Shown: positions 45,879-60,665 of the stretch, piece by piece | How the letters are laid out: each line of letters begins with the position of its first letter | How positions within the stretch are numbered: the stretch's first letter is position 1 | NCBI GenBank assembly: GCA_973895155.1 | Contig: OZ316893.1 | Location: 28,344,210-28,408,209 of the forward strand | Reading direction: 5' to 3' | Source of the DNA: Marsupella aquatica | Lineage: Eukaryota; Plantae; Marchantiophyta | Length of the DNA: 64,000 nt | Notes under the pieces: model-generated | Seen by the model: only the letters and a program-made list of their open reading frames with translations | Told to the model about the DNA's origin: nothing | Databases searched by the model: none | Program-made: the position numbers and the translations under genes

Positions 45879-48800
45879 CACATGGGGAGCAATGAAAATA
45901 GGGATAATTGTAACCACGTCCAAAAGGTGAGATCTGTGATCATAGCCATTCAAAAATACTGTCCTTCAAAACCTTGAGGACTTTAGTTTAAGAACTTTTC
46001 TAACAAACAGTTCAAGAATGTTTTTATAACAAAGAATCCAATAAAGTGTAAACTTTAATTTTATGGTGTTCAATTTTTTTAGATTTTCCCACACTATAGC
46101 AAACAAATCCACTGAATTTGTTTATTCTAATTCCAATTCAGTAAATATTACAATTCCGGTCAAATAGTACACGAACCATTTCAGATCTGAGTACCGAAAT
46201 GCCGTAAGTTGTAATTTTTATCATTAGATTTATGAATAATTCAACATGTAGGTGGGGAGAAAGGGGGAATTTTGATGTTGAGGTACTCACCTTCATAAAT
46301 CTACTATTGATTTGTCCCAAGGAGTGTACAGTTCTTTCCTTGGTCTCGCCTCAATATTTGTACAATGTTGGCATGAATGACACTGCACAGAACACTAAAA
46401 GGATTTAGTGTCTTGAGGATGACCAAAAACAATGACAAGAAACCTGAAACTGAAACTCATTTGTCCAAGTGCATGTAGAGCTTCATATCATTGGCAACAA
46501 TAGTGCTTGAAGCCAACTTACTTTTGAATGACGTGTAAGGCAATATCTTGTGAAAGAGGGCCGATAGCTTCCCAACTACTAAAGGAAGTAGATTTTGCAC
46601 TCACAAAGTCATCCCAACAACCAGATCCCCTTGTGCAATCTGAGAAACGTGGAGTATTCAATAAAAAGTTCAAAGCAAAATGTAATAAAACCATCATAAA
46701 CTCAATATAATGAAATGTAACCATGTCCTTTGTGATAAATTCTGCAAACCCTTCTGCTTTTTAAATATCTACTAATTAAAAGGAAAAGGATAATACACCA
46801 GAATTTACTTCAAAACTCACTGTCAATCATGTTCTCCGAACAATAAGAATGATAGGGAGGGAAAATGTCAACCTGGGCATACGCCCAAGTCAGGGTGTGA
46901 AGCTTAATTTTCAGGATCCTGGAATTGTGGCCGGAGAGAGGCAGCTTGCAGCAACAAGTGCTTCAGGCTTCTTCCTCATCAGCATAGCCAACACCACTAG
47001 GAGACCAACCTAGAGCAAGTACAGGTCGAGCTCCCTCCTTGTTTGTGTAGTTCAATGTTCTGACCATGTTCAATGTGCTGCATTCCCTTGGGTTTGGATG
47101 ATCTTCCCTTGGCAGAAATGAGTCACATTCCAGAGTTACTCCATGCATAATGATTATTCACCTGCCCCTGGGGTTGGATGATCTTTGTGTGGGATAAATG
47201 CCCGGTTTGAGTTAACGGGCAAGTTTACGTGTTGCCCTACGGGGTGTGGTTGGGACCGGGTGGGGTTGGGATAGGGTTGGGATGAGGTTGGGACGGTGTC
47301 AGGATAGGGGCGGGATGACCAGGTGTGACGGATGACAAATCAAGGCCAAACCAGGCATAAATGAATCACACTTCAGAGTTACTCAAGGCAAAATGATTAT
47401 TCTTCTGCCGCCAATCTGAATTGACTACTTGTAGCCTGGTGGAATCAGTGGATACTCATTACTTGGCGAGAGGTTGCACCATAAAGATTGTTATGGTTAG
47501 GAATCAAATAATAGTTGAGTGTTCATTAAGTGTTTATAATACCTTGAAAGGGTTTAACAGTTTAATGATTAGATGCATGGGACCCGGATGGGATCCCATA
47601 TGAGCTTACACTTTGAATCGTTCAACAATCTGAACCATAAAATGTACAAGGGTAAATTTATAAGAAGGTAATGGCATTGTGACTTTTTTCATCAAAGCAA
47701 GCTGGAGTGCCAGTTCCTTGTTATTAGGATATATCTAGATCCAGACTAGCTCCAGAGTACCAAAATCTCTGCACTTTTGGGGCACTCTGTTGTGCTATGC
47801 ATTTGAGGGAGTATTCATATCTATAACTAGACCAATGCCCGTGCGTTGAACAAAAGATGTTGACATGAGAAAACATACCAAGGAGAGAGAAAGAGTAAAA
47901 GTGAGGAAAAGATATCAAAGTGAGAAAACTAAGTGAATAGTTTAGCTACTCATTTGCTAAACTAACAACAATAAGTTCAGCAGTTAATTGGCAAGGGAGT
48001 CCACCCTACAATTTAGCTGGTTGCAGTCAAACTGGAGTTTGGACTTTGAATGCCATAAACTTACATTCCACCATGGGTGAGTGCAATGTGTGTATTTAGG
48101 CAAAGCTCAGATAATTGAAGGGAATGGGCTTACTCCCCTCTTTTATAGGGGGAGTGACACTTATTTCACTGACAGTTTACATAAGACTGCAAGATGGGCA
48201 TCACTAGAAGAAATTAATAAGAAATCATTAGTAAACCCTAAACCCTAAACTTTCTACAGTAGTTGATTCTAAGTGTGTTAATTTATATATATAGTGCACG
48301 TTGCACATATTGGTGAGAGGCAGCCAGGGGTGAAGTCTCAATGTGTGATCACATGTAGGGTCTGTTGAGGGGAATCTAACATTTAGGATACTTAGACCAG
48401 TACTGTCAAAGAACTCACACTCCCCTGCTGTAAATTAAGCCGACATTGCTCCAAAGCAGAGACAAACTTTCTAAGTTCATTGATCTACAAAACTCTCCCC
48501 ACATTGAGACCTTACTAAAATAGAAAACGAGGAAGAAGTACATTTAAGAAAACTAAGGACCAATTTCCTGAAAAAGGCCAAACAAAGTACAATGGAGTAA
48601 AGCAAATTATAGAGATAAACTAAACCCTAAACCCTAAACTTTACCCTCAGCTTAAGTGATTTAGAAAGGAAATGCAAACACAGCAAAGGTTAATTAAATC
48701 AATTATTTTGAGCTCAATTTATTAATTGTTATCAGTAACAAAATGATGAAAAATAACTGCAAGAAAGAAGCAACAATGGGTACTAGATAGAGGACAAGGT

Positions 48801-49103
48801 TCACATGTGGTCCCAATAGGTTTTTGCCCACAGGCAGGTCCCATTTGTTTAATATGTTCCGTTAGCTTACATACATCTAATGAGGGTCCAAATGGAAATG
48901 AATCACTCTACCAAAGAACAAAATGAGCCAAATCTGTGGATGAGACCCAATAAAGGGGAGAAGGGACAGGATCCCAATTACATGACCCCCCAAAACGGGG
49001 AGAAGCTGATACAGGATCTCAACTAAATGAGACACACAAGAGGGGAGAAGAGACAGAGGATCTCAACTAAATGAGACACACAAAAGGGGAGAAAACCAGA
49101 GAA

Positions 49104-49959
49104 ATACCATTTGAAGACCAAAGACTGAGCCAACATTCCTGAGTTCCGAATAACTACAAAGATTCAGAAATTATGCTAACCTAGGTATTATCACTATCGA
49201 AAATTCCTGATCAAGCCGCCAATAACTACAAAGAACTTAGAACATGCTAACCTAGGTATTATCACTATCTAAAGTAGAGACTAGATTTTCTGCGAGCAAC
49301 AAGACCATTCATATCTTCTAGAGACTAAAGTGACCAAACACTGTCTAAATGCTCAAGCAACAGCATGTAACATCCGTATCTTGTAGCTGTCCAACTATGT
49401 ACTAGTAGTGCCCACTGCAAGGTCTCTAGCTCTGGATGAATGCCTGGATTGAATGACAATCACTACCATGAAAGGTTTTGATATATAGCAGGCCAGTGAC
49501 TCTGTTAATCGATCAAGCTCTTTGGCCAGGCATGTCAAGAAGTTGGAAGGACGGGCTCATTCCCACAGATCAAGATTCTATTCCTCTTTCAATTGTTGGG
49601 TTGTCGACAATCTTTAGAACTGCATTGAGTTGTCGTAGAGACCCTCATCCGTTCGCCCCAGTGAAGGGAAGGGATCAACGAGAACCGCACTCAACGCCCT
49701 CTTCTCCAATTGAAAGAAGGATCTCCTTCTATGGATGTCCCCCCAGGAGATCCCGAGGTGCACACTCAAGGGGCTATGATGTCTGGCCTTCTCTTACAAT
49801 TGTTATACCAAATTCCTGGAGGTACTGCTCGGCAGGTCGTTGCACAGTGGAAATGGTTGCCAATGGAAACGAAGACTTGCGTAGATGCTAAGAGTTATGT
49901 AGATGCTAAGAGTTGGGTACATGCTAAGAGATGTGTAGATGCTCTTGTTAAGATTAACA
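49104..49959 (-). mobile_element. LTR relic with partial PBS, copy B
   Basis: Duplicate of 5267..6122. Confidence 0.55.
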
Positions 49960-50993
49960 AGGAGATCACGGTATTGTGGGAAGTAAAGGCAATAGCCCCG
50001 CAGTTACAGACGAACTTGGACACGTAATTGATTTTGTAGTTAAACTTTGTTGAAAGTCTTTATAACAGAGCAATCACAAGTTCCACGCATGCGCGATTGT
50101 GAGGAACCAAGTCCAAGTTGCCGCGCGCGCGAAATGACAAAATTTTACGGGGAGCACAATGTGCACACAACGTAAACTCAAGACTCTATGAGTGCTTGGA
50201 GCAAGGTGGACAGGCTATGGGACGTGATCCAGATTTTTGACCACCCTCTGCTGGGGAAGCTGCAGTGGCATTCGTTCTCTTGGAGAAGCTATAGCGGCGA
50301 CCCTTTGGAGAAATCAGCTGGCAGTCTCGAACAGTCTACAAGGCCCAATGTTAAGCTTTGATGGCGGCGAGGCAGTCTAATCACAAAACCTAAAAAGTTG
50401 TAGCAGGAAGTGGAGAAAAAAACAGGCGCAATGTGTACTACTTAAAAAAGTTCCAAAAGTGGCGTTTTGGGTAGAATAGGGCGCTGCCCTCAGCCTTTTG
50501 GTCCCGATCCCCTAACAACTTTGTGGCGGGCTTCGGCTAACAGGTTCATTATTGGTGTGGGAGTTCTACTCGACCAGCCACCAGAGGCCTTAGTGGACAT
50601 AAACGCAGTAGCTAGTACAGTAGTTCACTTGACGTGACCAGTGAGGTGCAACAACCACTCGGTTGATTGAAGCATCAAAAGAATTGGCTGAAACGGCCAC
50701 AATCTCATACAACATACATGGCAAGGTCTCTATGCCAATTTCCCAGCCTTATCTAGGGACAGATTGAAGGCAGCTTCCGACCACGAAAGTCACAAAACTG
50801 CCTATGAGCCATCCGTACCTCTAAAGATCCGCCATATATAGACCCTCTTCACAGCTTTATACAATCTTCCGACTACCGCAGCCACAATAGTGTGCTAGAA
50901 TTCACTGTGAAGTACTGGATTGGCTCCACTCTAATTCGTGCCTTACTCGAGACATGAGAAACGGAAAAATTGACGCGTCTAGTTTTGTCTCAC

Positions 50994-51227
50994 CTTGTTT
51001 AAGTAAGCAATGTTGACAATCGGGTCGAGAAGGTACTGGAGGAATGCATCCAATGTGAAGGAGTGCTTTGCTTTCATCAATATCGTATTCTAGTGAGCCA
51101 TCTGCTCATTGATGATCTTCTCGGCATCACCCAACCTCGGTTTCACCTTGCTCTGCGTTCAGAAACTCTTTAAACTTTGCCGGGACAATGACATCATTCT
51201 CTGCATACTTGTGCATGCGATCAAATC
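50994..51227 (-). pseudogene. PI-PLC EF-hand-like exon fragment, copy B
   Basis: Duplicate of 7157..7390. Confidence 0.6.
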
Positions 51228-54200
51228 GCCTCTTTGGTAATTAAACCATTGTCCATCAATCTCTCCTCCTATACAAGCTCGGAGTATCCATCTCTATATA
51301 TCCTGCCCACAGGACTCTAGGGGGAGGCACAACATAATCACAACAAAAACTTTTCTCTTTTGCACGAATGAAGCACCGAAAATAGTGTTTAGAAGCGAAA
51401 AGAAATTATGCACTTAACACAGGCCTGAATATCAGATTTGCACGGGAGGTCAAGTGTATTATCTAGCTGGGACTATTTTCGCACCTTTCTCCCATAAAAC
51501 AACGCGCAATATATATATTCCAACACATTCGCAGTGCCAAATTAATGATCCCATGTTTGCACCCTGAGTTAATAAAGTGCAAAATAATTGAGAGATGCAA
51601 TAGCTAATTACCGATCAGATCTAACTATATATGGAGAGAAGATACATTCGAAATAGAGAAGGGAGAACACCACAAGGATCTGTTGGCAGCAGCAGTCGAT
51701 ACAAAGTCGATCTAACCAGACGAGTGACAAGTACACATGTTAGAGACTCCTCGATGAAGCTCAAACGACAAGACTGGTAACAAGCCCAGTTGAAAAACTC
51801 AAGCTGCGATAGTCCAACGAGAAGCAAAACGATGAAGAAATGAAGGCGGGACCCCACGAGCCAGAGAATGCAACCCTAAACCCAATATGCCGCTTCACTA
51901 ATTCGCTCAACCTTCAAACACACGGATCCCTGTGGCCCTGCAAAACATAGGACCCATGTGCTCACTAACAAGTGGGTCCGCAAAGGTATTGAAAATGAAA
52001 AAACCAAACATCTCACAAGAAAGAATGACGACATCGGCCGTGGGGACTAGAGAGCGAGAGATGACAGCAGCATCCCGGTTTGTTCGTTTGCAACTCGACA
52101 CAATATGCAAAAGTGAGTTGTTCGCAAGATGTGGGCACCGTTGACGTGACTCGGTCATGTTGCAGTGTTGCGCGTTCCAAAGTCTTCTACCGGACAGGTT
52201 TCATCATTCGGAGAATCTCAACGCCTACTTTGGACTGATTGACTGGAGAAGTGGAGATCCTAGTGGACGAAATATTTGCACTGCTGTAATCCTTGTATTC
52301 TCAAAACAGTGATGTCGTCAATGTATTTTGTTTTGAGGGGGATTTTCATGTCATTGCGGCGGACGAGCGTTTGGTGTGTACTTAGAGTAAAGAAACCTTA
52401 TGCCAGGCGGGGCTGTTCAGTGGTGATTGAGCTCCCGCGTCGACATGCATTCTATCTCTCAAGTGCTGCCGGTGGTCTGTTGCCCCCCAATGATCTGCGA
52501 AAGGCGATGAGACTCTGAGCATCGCTTGCTTGAGTCTACAGGAATGAATGGTTTGCTTAAGAGGTCACGTGTAAAGTCAATACTGTGCTGAGCTTTGGAA
52601 AATTCGGCGGAGTAGTTAGGGATCGCGATGCTGTTGGGTCACTAAGAGTAGATGCTGTCGGAGTAATGTTGTAGCAAGCCAATGTGATTAGAACAGCCAT
52701 GTCAGCAGCTTTGGACACTGGGCCAAAGGGAAAAGACTGACATAATACTAAAGCTGATTTGATCCACCTGGCTGCTCAGTCGGCTACAAAGTGCACATTC
52801 ATTCAAGCTGCAATTCGGAAGTGCGGGGGCAAGGAGGAAAAGGGGCTACAGCTGTACACAGCCTAGGGATCAAATGGGCGATGGGGACAGTTCGATAAAC
52901 AACTGGGACGAGCAGATGCTACGGGGCGGGACCCAGAGGTCAGACTTCCCATCTGGGACAAAGCATGCTCAGATAAGCTTGGAATCAAGCCTCAGTATGT
53001 AGCCGCTCTGGGACAAAGCATGCTCAGATAAGATTGGAATCAAGCCTCAGTATGTAGCCGCTCTGTCAGGTTTATTGGGGCCTGATAAAGCTTGATTCAC
53101 ACTAGGACTGCCACTACGTAAGTTAGCACTCTGGACAGTAGCTCTGGGAACAAGGAGCTGTGCTTGGCTGGAGCACCAGAGAGATTGTGATGCCATCGGC
53201 TATCTCTAGGTGAGAAACAATCACGTCCTGCCATAAATGTCCCCTCGGGAAAAGAAAGGGCAACTTTCAGTACTATGGTTCTGTACTAGGACCCGCTACA
53301 AATTTACAAAAATAGTTGACCTCCGCTGATCATTATTCCACTTTTGATGGGCTGATACAAACCACCGTCGTTGAATTGGCCTCCAAACAGGACCTACAAC
53401 GTTGTTTTGTCATCACTGCTACATCGCGATCGGCCTTCACTAGATATCCCTTCCAATTTGTTCTAGATGCTAAATAATTAATCATCGACACTGAGTTTTG
53501 CCGACGATTAGGAGTAGATAATGTACGGCAGATGCTCAAACTCGCTCGGAAGTTTGCAGCAACTAAATTTGAAGAGGAAGCCAAGAAGCTCTTCAGGGAA
53601 CACTTTGACATCCTGAAGACTAATGTGTTTGATGTTTTGGAAGGACTTCATTATGATTCGGAAGGCTCACATGATGGTGAAGTCGTTTCAGGTCAAAAAT
53701 CATTTGTGGATCTTTGTCAACTCATTCATTCACAATCCGTCATTCGACTCTCAAACCAGAGAGACCTTGACATCTCGTCAGGGCAGCTTCGGGTCAAAAT
53801 GCGAACTATTTAGCGTACATCAGTACGAGAGCAGACCCTACACGCACGGATGATTCAAAGCCGACCTGTCGAACATGCTCATGAATTTATTTTCCGCATG
53901 TTAGAGCTAATGGGCTGCCACATGCATTCAGGATGCTCAGATACGTGATCTCATTTGGCTTCACGCCTTCTTGGCGCATTAGATTGAAAATGTCGAGTGC
54001 AGATTGAACATGATCACTCCTAGCGTATCCCGCAATCATGCTGGTCCAAGTAATAACACTCTTGTTCTGAATTTGATAGCAGTAGCGGTATCTTCTCCAG
54101 GATCAAATTCCTCCTGCTGGACTCGTTTACGAATCATCCCAGCTTTGCCATCAAAACTTGAGAATCAAAACTACAAGTTCTGAGAAGAAAAAGTATGAGA

Positions 54201-54922
54201 AGATCTTCCATCCAAACCCCAAAGCAACCCACCGTCATACCCGCACATTGCCCTCTGAAAAACTATGGCGCGAGTGCTCTTGTTTATCGCCCTCCAAGAA
54301 AGAACCCTTTGCAACTGAAGTGTCGTGCATACAAAACGAAGAATTGACGACAAGTGGCAACAAGCAAGTAACGAGCAAGTGGCAACAAAATTGATGTAGA
54401 TTGTGACGGGAAATAAAAGGAGCTCAGGCAGCAGGAGACGTCATGCAAGAAATGAGCAGGACTTGAACCAGGATGGACAGTATCCCGGGCTGAAAAAGAG
54501 ATTCTGTCCCGCTTCCTTGGGCGCTCAGAGGTGAGAAGTATAGTTGCCCAGCAATGTAAGGTCGAAACGCAGAAGAACATCCAGTATACGTATATAGGTA
54601 GGGCCCTTACTAGGAATTGTGTGCCCAAAGGACTTGACGAGAGGCCGTGTAAAAGTGGTAACGCGAACCTAACAGGGATGACCGGATTCGTGAGCATGTA
54701 GCTACGCAAAGCTCGATACCAAGTCCCCGAGAAGCAACTATAGCAATTGAGCAATCCGAAGCCAGTACGACAAGTAATTCTTAGCAGATTGTGAATTCTA
54801 CAAGGATTGTGAGCTTGCGAGGATAGGCACCGGGATGTCCTTAGATCATGTAGAGATGTTGGTGGCCATCAAACCTCCGTGTCTGGCGCAGAGGTTGTCG
54901 TCGTCCAGGGGACGCTGGCGCG

Positions 54923-57900
54923 ATGTATGTGAAGGAGATAACCTTGGACGGATTCAAGTCGTACGCTCAAAGGACTGTGGTTTCCGGCTTTGATCAGCAA
55001 TTCAACGCAATAACAGGGCTGAATGGATCAGGGAAGTCGAACATCTTGGACTCTATTTGCTTCGTGCTGGGAATTACGAATTTGCAGCAAGTTAGGGCAA
55101 GCAACTTGCAAGAGCTGGTTTACAAGCAAGGGCAGGCGGGAATTACAAAAGCAACAGTTTCAATTCTGTTTGACAATTCGAACCGTAAGCGAAGTCCTAT
55201 CGGCTATGAAGACTCGAGTGAGATTACTGTCACTCGCCAGGTAAGTTTACCCCTCACGAATTTATCTGAACTTCATTTCATTCAATTTCCGATATTAAGT
55301 TGGCCCTCTTGCCGAGACACCCGTCTCTGTTGGCCTGGAAACAGTCAGTCTTTTCTTCCGATGCTCCCCACACCTCGTGAATAAATATTTTGATGATCAA
55401 TAGCCAAGAGAGATACCGGATCCAATGAGTGGCAGACAGAACATGAGAACATTTCGATTCGCACAGTATTCCATGGTCAGGCATTGTCTGATTATATGGT
55501 CTTTTGTCATACTGTAGATTATCGTTGGTGGACGGAACAAGTACTGGATAAATGGCCACGTAAGGCAGCCCACCCAGGTCCAAAATCTCTTCCACTCCGT
55601 ACAGCTGAATATCAACAATCCTCACTTTCTCATCATGCAAGGTCGTATCACGAAAGTACTCAACATGAAGCCGCCTGAGATTCTGTCAATGCTAGAAGAG
55701 GCAGCTGGAACTAAGACGTACGAGTCGAAAAAAGAGAACGCTCTCAAGACTCTGGAAAAAAAGCAGGCGAAATTAAGTGGATGAAATTGACAACCTTTTG
55801 AGTCAAAACATCCTTCCAGCTCTCGAGAAGCTATGGAAAGAACGAGCGCAGTACCAGCAGTGGACTTCCGGCAATGCAGTGGTGGATCGTCTCGACAGAT
55901 TCTGCATTGCTTTCGATTTTTCGGAGGCTGGAGGTTGAAGGAAGCTTCTTCGGGTGAGGAGGCCAAAATGCAAGACAAGGTTGAGGCTATTAAATTATCT
56001 GCCGTCGGTAAGATTAGAGGAAGAAATAGCCCAGAACGAGGCTTCTGTTGCTGCATTGACTGAGGCCAAAGAGAAGCAGATGAATAGTGACATGAGAAGT
56101 TTGTCTGATGCGGTGGATAAGCTCTTGTGAAGGTCGACTCTGCTGTCAATGCAAAACAAGAGTCTTTTGACGTCGAGAAAGCTACCGCTGAGCAGGTATG
56201 CAACCAATCTCAGACGCCAAACTGTAAAGCAGGCAGGTTTTGGTACATGAGCCGTATCATGGGAGGTACCCCTGTTTACTCACCTCAATTTGCTGGCTGT
56301 TATCTATCAGCTGCAAAGAAATGTAAAGGATTTGGATGGTGTCATCGCCGCCAAAACTGCTGCTGAACTTCAAGCTGAGGAAGAATTTTCAGGTCTGAAA
56401 GAGAAAGTGGAGCAGCAGGCAAAGACATTGGAAGACCTTGAACGAGATTATCAGGTAGTTATTTGAACTCTGAGGATGCAAACAGGAATTGAGCCAACAC
56501 TGATAAAACTGGTAATAATCTGCTATCGATGCTGACTTTAGCATGTTCATAGCAATATGTTTTTGTCTAAGAACAGTACACCAGCTGAAGGGTTTACTTT
56601 GAAGATTCAAATTTCGTCCATTCAGCAGAGTCCAGGTGAAAAGTCAGTGGCTCGTCGAAATTCGTTTGGTTCAGGGGATTCAAGCAGGGAAGGCTAGTGG
56701 GGCTGAACAAAAGAGTCTGGCAGACCAGCGAGATGATGCAAATGCTGCGGTAGGGAAAGCTCCGACTGAGGTGCAGCAGAGCAAAACAAAGATCAAACAT
56801 CTCGACAAAGAGCTGAAAGCGAAATAGCAGCATTTCAATTCCAAGCAACACGAAGTAGCTGCTGCACAGGAGGAGCTGCGCTCACGTAAGGCGGAATTGG
56901 AGAAGCTGCAAGATGCCATAAATAAACTAGGATTCGAAGAGGACCGAATGAATTCCCTGGAACAGGTTCTCCCACAGTTGTGAACTCCCATTGTTTTGAT
57001 TAGGACCTGTTCTTAGGTGTGCGGGGAATGTAGTGGCCCAATTGTATGACCTTGCGCATGTTTCTGCTGTGAATTTCTGGCTTCTAGCATGTCTACAAGG
57101 GTTAAGTGTAGGTGCAGTTCTCGTCTGCTGGGCGTGGAAATCTGCTCTTAATTATGTTGTATTCTATGTCCTTCGTCAACCTGTTGTTTTGCCCTTATCT
57201 GAACACGGTGCAATAACAAGTCACGAATTGGAATTGCAGTCATTCTCAGCTTTAATGAAGGCTGCTGTTCTCTTGGACGATTCTCGACAACCTAACAAAC
57301 ATTGACGTGAACATTGCACTCCAGAGCCGGAGAACCGAGGCTGAAACGGTAAAGGGACTCAAGACAACTTAGGTTAGCAATCTTACGGGGGAACTTTCGG
57401 GCCTTCAATTCTCATACAATGACCCTGAGAGGGGATTCGAGAAGTCACGGGTTAAAGGACCAGTACCACGCCTTGTGCAGGTGAATGATGCCTCTACTAT
57501 GACTGCCCTTGAGGTGTGTGATCCCCAACTCCCATGTTTGTTGTTGAATTCATATTGTATTTCTTTGTATGAAACTGCTATGGTGTGGCTTCACATTTTA
57601 ACTTTGAGACACTATCAGGAGCCTGAAATGGTAGTACAAATCTTGCGAACAGGTTATTACAGGAAGTAAATTTTATAATATTGTAGTGGACACTGAGCAA
57701 ACTGCTAAACTGCTCCTAGAGAAAGGTGGGCTGCGCCGAAGGATTACCATCATTCCTCTCAACAAGATTCAAGCCAACCCCATCTCTTCGAGAACTCAGG
57801 CGGCAGCGGCCAAGCTGGTATGATTTATTTTCTGACGTATGTTCTCGCTAAAGAAAGGTTCCCATCTTGCATCACTTTCAGTGCTCTCTTCTTAGATTGG

Positions 57901-60665
57901 AAAGATTTATTCGAATCGTAATAGTTATTTATCTTCAGCAGATGCCGGAATTCATGGTTGGTTGTGTGAGATATAAAGGGGTTGAGAAAATGATCTTTAG
58001 GTGGGAACTGCAAACTATTCGTATCCTCAGAATGAATGCTTCACTCTTTTGTTTGATTCTTTCGAAGGGGTGCTACGTTTGAAGATGGTCCCTGACAATG
58101 TTGCATTGCAAATGTCTTGTTCCTTAAATTTAGCCGCTGGATCTTTCACATATTGAGCAATCAGATCTGGTGTGTGTGACTCAGTGCTTCGCTTAGTCCA
58201 ACTCGAAATTTCGCTATGATGGCCTTAAGATGTACAGTCTGAGCAGCTTTTGTCTCGTACAGGTACGGTGGGTCCTGCCAGGGCAAAACCAGCACTGTCC
58301 CTCGTTGGCTACCCTGACGAGCTTCAAGTAAGTTAAATGTAGCTTCCTGTCGTATTTAGAGATCAGCTTCTCCTGCTTTAGCGTATGCAAATATAGTTAG
58401 TCTCCAAGTAGACGATTCAAAGGTACTACGTATTAACAATTCTATTGACGTCTGTCTAACGTTTGGAGTAAAGAACATTCTGATATAGTGATGTCATAAT
58501 GCAGGCGGCTATGGCTTTCGTTTTCGGTGGAGCGTTTGTCTGTAATGATACTGAAACGGCCAAACAGGTGAATTTCAGCAATTGCATATTATTTTGAAAT
58601 TGTAGATCCTTATGATAAAGTTGACCCTTTTCATTAGTGCAGACTTCTTGAATACTAAAACCCCTACCAGTAGTTGACTTTATATTCATGCTAGCCTTGG
58701 AGTAAAATGATTATATTCGAAGTAAACTCAGCAGATTTTCGCTCAAGTATCGGCTGGTGTAGGTGGCTTTCCCACAAGGACGTCAATACTAAGTGGGTGA
58801 CCCTGCAGGGGGATGTTTTTGAACCTCGTGGTCTTCTTACCGGTGGTTCGCGCAGGTCCGTTTCTGAGCTAATTCACTTTGTACGAACGTCCGAGTTGTG
58901 GAATGGAGCTATTGTTGCGATCAGCTCATCCGAAGTAAAGAAATTGAGCTATACAGGTTTCAAACGCTGGGCAGATTTTCCTCATGCGTACCGTCTCTGC
59001 TTAGAGTAACGTAGAAGCATAGTGTCGCTGTAAGTCTAGATGTCCTGCAGAAGTCGCAGTGCAAGTATTTCATTTAATGTTTCCTTCCAGGAATGGTGGG
59101 GAACTCCTGATGCAACTTCATGCACTAGCAGAGGCGGAGGGCAGCTTGGCAGAGCATGTTCAGGCACTTTCAAAGATCGAGAAAGAGGTAAGGCTTTTAT
59201 GTTTGATTTGGACATGACGTCGAGTTTATACATGACGCAGTAGAACTATGTGCAACAGGATCTGTTTATACCAGGTCCATCCCCGTTGAGACTGGGTTCT
59301 TATAGCTACATCTGGTGGTCGTGAAGATTTTTGATCCAATGTACGACGACCTCCAGTTGTCCTTAATTTGTACATGCGAATGCTGCAGATTGAGAAGTTG
59401 GCACCCATGCAGAAGAAATATGCCCACTTAAAGTCACAATTGGAACTGAAGTCATATGATCTCTCTCTGTATGAAACCAGGGCTGAGTAGAGCGAACATC
59501 ACAAGGTTTGTTGCAATTTCTCGGTTCCAAACATGTTTCATCAGTGACAATTCAACGTGTCTGAGAATCACTTTGTTGTGAGGAAAATGAGGGAGGATGT
59601 CCTTCTTAGGTTTTTACGGTCTACTGTCTTGGCATCAGAGCTTTGACAGTATAAGCGACTTCAGCCCCTCGTGTATGGCTACCCGTACGAGTTAGATATA
59701 CTGCTGGGCTTAAGTTTACGAGCGCAAATTGTTGTTTCAATAGTAGCGCTCTTTCTCATGTTTACAGTCAAGATTCTTGGGATTTTCGAAGAGTGCAGTC
59801 GTCGTGAGTAGCAAAGTGTTTAGTCGGGTCCTTGTTAGCTTGACATCAAATACCTGCGCGATGTCAGCTAAGTGAGTCGATCTGAACAATGGAGGCCGAG
59901 CTGGACGCAGAAAAGAAGGACCTAGCCAACAAGGAGAACCATCACAATGAATGCATAAAGAAAGCCTCCGACCTGGAGCGAGCAATTAACGAGCGTGGTC
60001 GGGACCGAGAAACTCGATTGAAAGACGTAGAGAAGAGTATCAAATCCATGAAATTGTAAAGACAATTCGAATCTTGATTCTATGAATGAATGCTTAAGGG
60101 AAACGGGGGTCCCACATATATACCCGCTGAGTGACAATCGATCAAGATACATCAAAGGGTAGAAGACAAAGACCTAAAGATCTACGGTAAAGGCTAATAG
60201 CGTACATACTACGAACTAGTGAATCATCACAATAGACACCCGGATAATAAGGTGTGATATCCGGGGAGTGGACTCAGATACATGTCTGGTACAATCATGT
60301 ATTAACACTTAGAAGCGCATGATACTTTGCACAATTAACAAAAAGGAAATGACAGCTGCATCGAAGGATCTTAAGGTACTTCAAAGTCACTTCTATCCCT
60401 TTGCTAAGTTTATATCGGACTGTTCGGAGTTCATGCTAATCAAATTATTGAGAAATGATTCGTTTCCAGCTGGCTAGGATGTCTCTTAAACAAATCTGTT
60501 AACTGGTTCTCTTCACAGGAACAAGAAGGAGCAAGAGAGAGGCTGCTCATGGAGAGGGAAGCTGCAGGGCACGAGAAAATGGTTCTCGAGGGGCAAGTAG
60601 TTACAGCGCTTGCACAGTTAAAGTTAAAGAATATGGAAGCACATCTTGGTCAACTAGAGAGTGAG
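54923..60665 (+). pseudogene. SMC2: Condensin subunit SMC2 pseudogene, copy B
   Basis: Same lesions as copy A, but keeps GFD and NAITGLNG in exon 1 and the exon end/donor at ~56965 lost in copy A. Confidence 0.95.
60055..60340 (-). mobile_element. Solo-LTR-like insertion, copy B
   Basis: Duplicate of 16128..16413. Confidence 0.65.
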